From: Candidatus Doudnabacteria bacterium
Lineage (GTDB): Bacteria > Patescibacteriota > Doudnabacteria > UBA920 > O2-02-FULL-48-8
Direction of reading: 5' to 3'
Length of the DNA: 64,000 nucleotides
Assembly: GCA_037200925.1 (NCBI GenBank)
Contig: JBBCGO010000001.1
Coordinates: forward strand, 696,235-760,234
Position 1 is the first letter of the stretch, and every line of letters starts with the position of its first letter. Shown piece by piece: positions 58,706-64,000 of this stretch. The notes below the pieces were generated by a model. The model ran no database searches. It was given only the letters and a program-made list of their open reading frames with translations, and was not told where the DNA came from. A program made the translations under genes and the position numbers.

Positions 58706-58813
58706 ATGGCTGACGAAAATATGCCCGAAGGCGATAAAGTGTGCGGCACATGTCACCATGTCCACGGCAAGGCCGATGGAACATGCGACTGCGGTTGCAC
58801 AGTTATCCAATAG
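58706..58813 (+). CDS. small Cys-rich protein (35 aa, CxxCHH...CxCxC); absent from ORF track
   Basis: AAAGGAAA SD 5 nt upstream of the ATG. MADENMPEGDKVCGTCHHVHGKADGTCDCGCTVIQ. Terminator immediately downstream. Confidence 0.4.
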   Translation: MADENMPEGDKVCGTCHHVHGKADGTCDCGCTVIQ

Positions 58814-58826
58814 TTTAAGAAAAGAA

Positions 58827-58856
58827 AACCGTCCTGAGGAACCAGGACGGTTTTGA
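58827..58856 (+). terminator. rho-independent terminator
   Basis: ccgtcctg-aggaac-caggacgg hairpin plus TTTT. Confidence 0.6.
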
Positions 58857-58910
58857 TTTGAGATATTTTTTTTCCTTTTTAATTTTGAAAATTTAGTATA
58901 AGCTATTTAT

Positions 58911-60410
58911 ATGGAAACTATTTCACGCAAACAGGAGTGGCTGATCTTATTTGCGGCCATTATTGCCAGCGGCATGGCTTTCTTGGACAGCAGTGTTGTG
59001 AACATCGCTATCCCGGCCATTCAAAACCAATTTCACGCCAGTTTTGACAATATGCTTTGGGTCGTCAATGCCTTTCCGCTTCTTTTGGCATCATTGCTTT
59101 TGGTTTCAGGCTCATTGTCCGACCGGTACGGCAGAAAAAAAGTTTTTGTTCTGGGGATCATTGTTTTTACTCTTGCTTCGATTCTGTGCGCTTTGGCGCA
59201 AAGCATCATCCAGCTGGCGGTTTTCAGGGCTTTGCAGGGGATTGGGGCTGCGATGATGATCCCGGGAAGTTTGACCATCATTAATCTTAGTTTTCCTGAA
59301 AGCAGAAGAGGCCGGGCGATAGGTTTGTGGTCAGGCTTTTCCGGCGGGATAGCCGCAATCGGCCCGTTCATCGGCGGCTGGCTGGTCCAAACCCTGTCCT
59401 GGCGGGCAATTTTTTATATCAATCTTCCTTTAGGCATTCTGGCATTGGCCTTGACTGTATACGCCGTGGCTGAGACCAAAAATGCTGAATCAAGGAAATT
59501 GGATGTTTGGGGGACGCTGCTGATCCTGCTTGGCTTGTTCGGGATAGCTTACGGATTGATGACAGGGCCTGTCAAAACTTGGCAGGACCGATCTGTCCTG
59601 GCAGGTTTGCTTGGCGGATTGGCGTGTCTGATCGCGTTTGTTTTCGTGGAAAGAAAAACCGCCGAGCCGTTAGTTCCATCAGCGATATTCAGATCCAAAC
59701 TGGTTTTGGGCGCTAACTTGGCGACTTTATTTTTATACGGAGCCCTCAACTCGCTTATATTCTTCGTGGTCTTAAATATGCAGCAGGTGCAGGATTTTTC
59801 TCCGCTTAAGGCAGGCTTAGCCTTACTGCCTGCCGTACTTATCATAACTTTCCTGTCCGGTTTCGGCGGGACAGTGGCGGATAAGATCGGTCCCAGGCTG
59901 CCTATGATCGTAGGCCCTTTACTGGTTTCTGCCGGCACTGTCTGGATGATCTTCGCGGGTGTTGGGGCGGATTATTTTAAAGCGTTTTTACCGGGCTTGA
60001 TTTTGTTCGGCCTCGGCATGGCCGTGGTCATAGCTCCCTTGACCAAAAGCGCTCTGATGGTTCCGGAACATTTTTCCGGTTCAGCCTCAGGGGTCAACAA
60101 TGCAGTGGCACGCGTGGCGGCGCTTTTGGCTGTCGCGGTTTTGGGGGCAGTGGCGATTTCTTTTTTTGGGAGCAGTCTTAGGAATCGGATAGCACAAACT
60201 TCACTGGCGGTTTCGGAAAAACAGCAGATCCTTGCGCAATCCGACAGACTGGGCGGCATTGAGGTTGCGGAAAATTTTACTCCGCAAGAAAAGTTAGAGG
60301 CGAAAACCGCGATCAAACGATCTTTCGTTGACAGTTTTCGCATAGTCCTTGCTATTACTGCTGTACTGGCTTTTATCAGCAGTATTATTTCAGCGATCTT
60401 GATCTATTGA
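58911..60410 (+). CDS. MFS transporter, DHA2 (EmrB/QacA) drug:H+ antiporter family, 14 TMS
   Basis: LDSSVVNIAIPAIQ motif. Conserved GxLaDrxGrkx loop (SDRYGRKK). About 14 hydrophobic segments. Confidence 0.85.
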   Translation: METISRKQEWLILFAAIIASGMAFLDSSVVNIAIPAIQNQFHASFDNMLWVVNAFPLLLASLLLVSGSLSDRYGRKKVFVLGIIVFTLASILCALAQSIIQLAVFRALQGIGAAMMIPGSLTIINLSFPESRRGRAIGLWSGFSGGIAAIGPFIGGWLVQTLSWRAIFYINLPLGILALALTVYAVAETKNAESRKLDVWGTLLILLGLFGIAYGLMTGPVKTWQDRSVLAGLLGGLACLIAFVFVERKTAEPLVPSAIFRSKLVLGANLATLFLYGALNSLIFFVVLNMQQVQDFSPLKAGLALLPAVLIITFLSGFGGTVADKIGPRLPMIVGPLLVSAGTVWMIFAGVGADYFKAFLPGLILFGLGMAVVIAPLTKSALMVPEHFSGSASGVNNAVARVAALLAVAVLGAVAISFFGSSLRNRIAQTSLAVSEKQQILAQSDRLGGIEVAENFTPQEKLEAKTAIKRSFVDSFRIVLAITAVLAFISSIISAILIY

Positions 60411-60510
60411 CGTTCGATCAGGGTCCTTAAATACTACTTTTTTGTTTGCCCGAACGATTGACTTGTTCGGGCTTTTTTGATAGGCTTTAGAGTCATTTAA
60501 GGAGGACGTG

Positions 60511-60909
60511 ATGCGCTTCATTCGGGAAACCCCGTGGTATATTTTCTTTCCGCTCGTGCTTGCAGCCGTCGGTTGCATCATCGCCCTCTTCAGGTTGCTG
60601 AGGATAAATTCACAGTCGAACCAGGCCATATCCAACCAAGGTCGGAATGACGCCCGCGGCCTCGCGCAAGGACGATACCATCTCAAAGAAAAGAAAGTTC
60701 TCCTATTCCGGGGGATCAGGCTGGAGCTTGCGACAACCGGCCGTAACCGGGAAAAAAAGATCATCAGGTTTCCGATGAAGCATCCGGATTATGAGGAATT
60801 CAAAAACCTCGCAAACCTGGAGATCGTCGAGTTCAATTATGTGGGGCTGGCTCTTTTTGAAACGAAGGAGTCAGAGGTCAGCCCTTACTTGAGATTGAAG
60901 CGCAGATAA
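60511..60909 (+). CDS. hypothetical protein with N-terminal TM helix
   Basis: AAGGAGG SD 5 nt upstream of the ATG. Confidence 0.5.
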   Translation: MRFIRETPWYIFFPLVLAAVGCIIALFRLLRINSQSNQAISNQGRNDARGLAQGRYHLKEKKVLLFRGIRLELATTGRNREKKIIRFPMKHPDYEEFKNLANLEIVEFNYVGLALFETKESEVSPYLRLKRR

Positions 60910-61018
60910 CTAAGACTCATTTTTAAATGGGTCTTTTCTTTTTGTAACAATTCAGGTTCAGTTGCGTTTTAGTTATTAAACTTCTAGACTGCTAATATTG
61001 TGCTTCAAGGAGGGATCT

Positions 61019-61225
61019 ATGACTGTCAAAACCTGGCCATGGGAATGGGTTTTTATTGCTCCTGTCCGGGTTTGGAGCCTCACTATATGGCCGGTGCGCC
61101 ATCTTTTTTACCGTAACAGGGGTAATCCGGATCCGCGTCGGATGATCATCGACTTTACGCACACCGATATTCTGGAAAAGATCAGGCGGCGCGGCGATGA
61201 TCGGCATTCTGGCCACAGCTTTTAG
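61019..61225 (+). CDS. small hypothetical protein
   Basis: AAGGAGGG SD. Start at MTVKTW. Terminator follows. Confidence 0.45.
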   Translation: MTVKTWPWEWVFIAPVRVWSLTIWPVRHLFYRNRGNPDPRRMIIDFTHTDILEKIRRRGDDRHSGHSF

Positions 61226-61244
61226 CTACCCAATTGATTTTTTG

Positions 61245-61272
61245 AAAGGAACCCGAGCGGTTCCTTTTTTAT
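61245..61272 (+). terminator. rho-independent terminator
   Basis: ggaacc-cgagc-ggttcc hairpin plus TTTTTT. Confidence 0.6.
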
Positions 61273-61289
61273 TATGCTAAAATTAATTT

Positions 61290-61982
61290 ATGAAGTTTGA
61301 GCCAGACAGCCTTTTGAATTTATTTTATAAACTCCCGAAGAATCTTGTCCGGTGTTTTTCCGGCTATAATTTTTCCTGGCAGATATTGGCCATGGTCTTA
61401 ACGTATATTCTTGCCGTCACAGGATTCGATTGGGCTTATTTTCAGTTTTTCAGGCACACCTTCCTCTATACTTTTTCGTTTTCCGCGGCTGTCCTCGGAA
61501 GTATTCTGCCGATCCTGGTTCCGGGATTTCTGTTTATTGACGGCAGGATCAAGAAAGATCCGGAAAAACTGAATGCTGCTTTTGCATTAGGGCAGGCCGC
61601 GATTCTGGCTTCATTTGTCTCATCTTTTTATAAAGCCTTGACCGGGCGAATGTATCCGCCGCAATTTTTGGATAGCATCGACATCAGCAAAGTGTTCAGA
61701 TTCGGATTTTTGCGGGGAGGAGTTTTTTGGGGCTGGCCCTCTTCGCATTCGGCAATTGCTTTTGCAACTGCAGTGGCTTTGATCATGCTGTATCCGAAAA
61801 ATAAAACAGTTAAATATTTAGCTCTGCTTTATGCGTTTTTTATCGGTGTGGGAGTGTCTATCAGCATCCATTGGTTCTCTGATTTTGTGGCCGGGGCCAT
61901 CATCGGCACTGTGATCGGGATGGTTGTCGGCAAAAGTTTTTTGCACCGAAGTTCAACAATAGCCCGACCGGTCTCGAAATAA
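61290..61982 (+). CDS. PAP2-family membrane phosphatase
   Basis: PAP2 motifs KALTGRMYPP (KX6RP), WPSSHS (PSGH-like) and SIHWFSDFVAG (SRX5HX3D-like). Confidence 0.7.
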   Translation: MKFEPDSLLNLFYKLPKNLVRCFSGYNFSWQILAMVLTYILAVTGFDWAYFQFFRHTFLYTFSFSAAVLGSILPILVPGFLFIDGRIKKDPEKLNAAFALGQAAILASFVSSFYKALTGRMYPPQFLDSIDISKVFRFGFLRGGVFWGWPSSHSAIAFATAVALIMLYPKNKTVKYLALLYAFFIGVGVSISIHWFSDFVAGAIIGTVIGMVVGKSFLHRSSTIARPVSK

Positions 61983-62132
61983 ATAAAATATGAAAGATAA
62001 ATATAAAGTGCCGGCGGCGGGCTTGAAATCTTTATATCGATTCATGGCCGGCAGCGCCATGGCAGAATTTGATAAATTTTTCGCGATTTGGTAATATTGA
62101 ATATAAGATTATAAGTAGAAAAGAAACAAAAT

Positions 62133-62483
62133 ATGAAAAATAGAGTGATAACCTCAGGTTTTACCTTGAATAAAGTAATTCCCTTAGGTTTTACCCTGAT
62201 CGAATTGTTGGTTGTTATCGCCATCATCGGCATTTTGGCTTCCATCGTGCTGGTTTCCCTGAACTCTGGTCGGCAAAAATCCCGTGACGCCAGACGCCTT
62301 TCTGACGTGCGGCAGACCATAACGGCTTTGGAAATTTATTACAATGACCAAAACGGCTACCCTGTTGCGGCAACGGCTACGGTTATAGAAGGTATGGGAC
62401 TCGGGTCTACCAGTGGATGGAACGCGGCTCCGACCGGAACGATTTATCCTGACCAAAGAAGCTGTTGCTCCTACTCCTTTTGA
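62133..62483 (+). CDS. type IV pilin-like/pseudopilin protein (prepilin N-terminal methylation domain)
   Basis: G|FTLIELLVVIAIIGILASIV class III signal. Leader contains a partial direct repeat (SGFTLNKVIPLGFTLIE). Confidence 0.7.
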   Translation: MKNRVITSGFTLNKVIPLGFTLIELLVVIAIIGILASIVLVSLNSGRQKSRDARRLSDVRQTITALEIYYNDQNGYPVAATATVIEGMGLGSTSGWNAAPTGTIYPDQRSCCSYSF

Positions 62484-62685
62484 CGGGAGCTGTACTACGG
62501 CCCAGAATCAATACACTTATACTGCGGCTACAGCTGCAACTTACACCCTCACATTCTGTTTAGGTGCCACCACAGGCGGATATGCACCGGGTGTCCGTAC
62601 AGCCCGGCCCTCAGGCATTAATTAATATTTACAGCCGACAGCCATCCTTGAATCGGGATGGTTTTTGATTTGCTATAATGCTTTC

Positions 62686-63222
62686 ATGAAAAATCGATTG
62701 AAATATTTGCTGGTTTTAGTCCTGGTCATGCCGGTTTTGGCATCGGCACATGGCCTGGTCACGACTCAGTCCCAGACAGTAGGCAAGTATTTAATAGAAT
62801 TTGAATATAATACTCTCGGCAACATCTTAACCGGAGATTTCACGCTTTACGATGTTTATCTTCTGAACCCTGCCACCCGCGACGGCATTGATTTTGATTC
62901 AGCGTTCATTCGAATTGAAAAACAGAACGGGCCCGCGATGCTTGCGGGTAATTTGGCGCAGGCCGCGGATATCACGGGCTATGCCAGTTTGAGCGGAGTA
63001 CTGAACGATCCGGGAACTTATACCGCGGAAGTTAGTTTTTACAAGGACGGCGATACCCTGGCAGAATCGAAGTTTAATTTTACCGTGGAAAAAGATCAGA
63101 CTTATTCGGCTGACGGTTCTGCCGACCAAAAGAAAACGAATTATTTTAACATTCTGCTACTTCCCGTCGGATTGGTATTGGTCGCCGGCGGAGTCTGGTT
63201 ATTTAAAAAAACCAAGCAGTAA
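62686..63222 (+). CDS. secreted protein with C-terminal TM anchor, unknown function
   Basis: Signal peptide MKNRLKYLLVLVLVMPVLASA. C-terminal LLPVGLVLVAGGVWLFKKTKQ. Confidence 0.5.
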   Translation: MKNRLKYLLVLVLVMPVLASAHGLVTTQSQTVGKYLIEFEYNTLGNILTGDFTLYDVYLLNPATRDGIDFDSAFIRIEKQNGPAMLAGNLAQAADITGYASLSGVLNDPGTYTAEVSFYKDGDTLAESKFNFTVEKDQTYSADGSADQKKTNYFNILLLPVGLVLVAGGVWLFKKTKQ

Positions 63223-63305
63223 AAGACGCTCTCCAAGAAGGTTTACAAAGTGCTCGGAATTTGGTAAATTATGTAGGCAAATTTGATTTTAGGGCTTGAT
63301 AATGA

Positions 63306-63380
63306 GGGTGTGTAGCTCAGTGGTAGAGCACGTCACTGATAATGACGGGGTCGGAAGTTCGATCCTTCCCACACCCACCA
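63306..63380 (+). tRNA. tRNA-Ile (anticodon GAT)
   Basis: Acceptor gggtgtg/cacaccc. Anticodon loop ct-GAT-aa. T-loop ttcgatc. ACCA 3' end. Confidence 0.85.
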
Positions 63381-63388
63381 GAAAAATT

Positions 63389-63641
63389 TATGCATTTTAT
63401 TTCAGGAACGATCGGAGTGATAGCAGGGATTTTGCTCATTCGATACTCCGTCGCGCTCACCGATATCTTTGGCCGGGTTCAATGGGCCGAGAATCACCTT
63501 CGCGGAGGACTGGCCGGCACGTATTCTTTGTACCGGATCGTTGGCGTGGTTTTCGTAATCCTTTCGCTGTTTTACATATTTAATGTTTTAGGTTTTATAC
63601 TCAGCCCTTTAAGTTCGATATTTGGCGGCCTTAAGCAATAG
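63389..63641 (+). CDS. small membrane protein (84 aa)
   Basis: Two hydrophobic helices. No SD. The longer ORF-track version overlaps tRNA-Ile. Confidence 0.3.
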
Positions 63642-63695
63642 ATTTCATAAAATTAGGGAAATTCCGAGCAATCCGGGGAGTTGCGAATGACTAAG

Positions 63696-63769
63696 GGGCC
63701 TGTAGCATAGTGGTAGTGCACCCGGTTTGCATCCGGGGGGTGGGAGTCCGATTCTCCCCAGGTCCACCA
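63696..63769 (+). tRNA. tRNA-Ala (anticodon TGC)
   Basis: Acceptor gggcctg/caggtcc with G3:U70 identity pair. Anticodon loop tt-TGC-at. ACCA 3' end. Confidence 0.85.
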
Positions 63770-64000
63770 AAGAAGACTTTTTCACCCCTTTTTTAGGATT
63801 GGAAAGGTCTTTTTTGTTTAAATGGACCTTTTGTTTCCGCGGATTTCATCAAAATTATTGATTATCGTGTCCAATTTGACGGAAAAAGTAATATTTATTA
63901 TAATTCAGAAGCAATTGAGGATATCCTCAGGTTAAAACCCTCACACCCCCGGCCCCTCAACCCGAGGTGGGATAGGGGAATTATAAACTGAAGAGAAACA

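Overview
64-kb window from a bacterial genome with roughly 50% GC. The lineage cannot be fixed from sequence alone; several traits recall uncultivated, reduced-genome groups such as CPR/Patescibacteria (stand-alone short 16S, one giant Thr/Gly-rich surface protein, many small proteins, pilin-like gene). Layout, left to right. (1) 1-6.9 kb, minus strand: a phospho-signalling cassette PP2C - vWA - FHA - Ser/Thr kinase (TerY-P-like), with Zn-ribbon N-termini on the kinase, FHA and PP2C proteins. (2) 6.9-23 kb: housekeeping block with tRNA-Leu, ftsH, tRNA-Val, rnc, smc-like, dedA, rpsP, KH protein, trmD, RluA-family synthase, rplS, sodA(-), rny, ymdB, a methyltransferase, yraN, nusA and clpP; it also holds two copies of a conserved structured noncoding element. 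(3) 23.0-45.2 kb: one co-directional cell-surface locus running from a consensus sigma70-type promoter to a bidirectional terminator. It contains a 59-aa HTH gene, a 13.4-kb gene for a 4477-aa highly repetitive protein, an LPXTG-type repeat protein, a FN3+dockerin protein and three membrane-anchored cohesin-like proteins. (4) 45.2-49.1 kb: minus-strand array of small genes, each unit bracketed by a conserved extended -10 promoter and a conserved terminator hairpin, including a split REC / small TM / Fis-HTH operon. (5) An isolated 16S rRNA gene with its own promoter and terminator and no 23S/5S. (6) Accessory genes: paralogous secreted proteins, ILEI-like lipoprotein, glucosaminidase-like protein, PPC-domain protein, second HTH_17 protein, MFS exporter, PAP2, pilin-like protein, then tRNA-Ile and tRNA-Ala. 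No CRISPR array, transposase or integrase was recognised. Many ORF-track entries are antisense or low-complexity artefacts.
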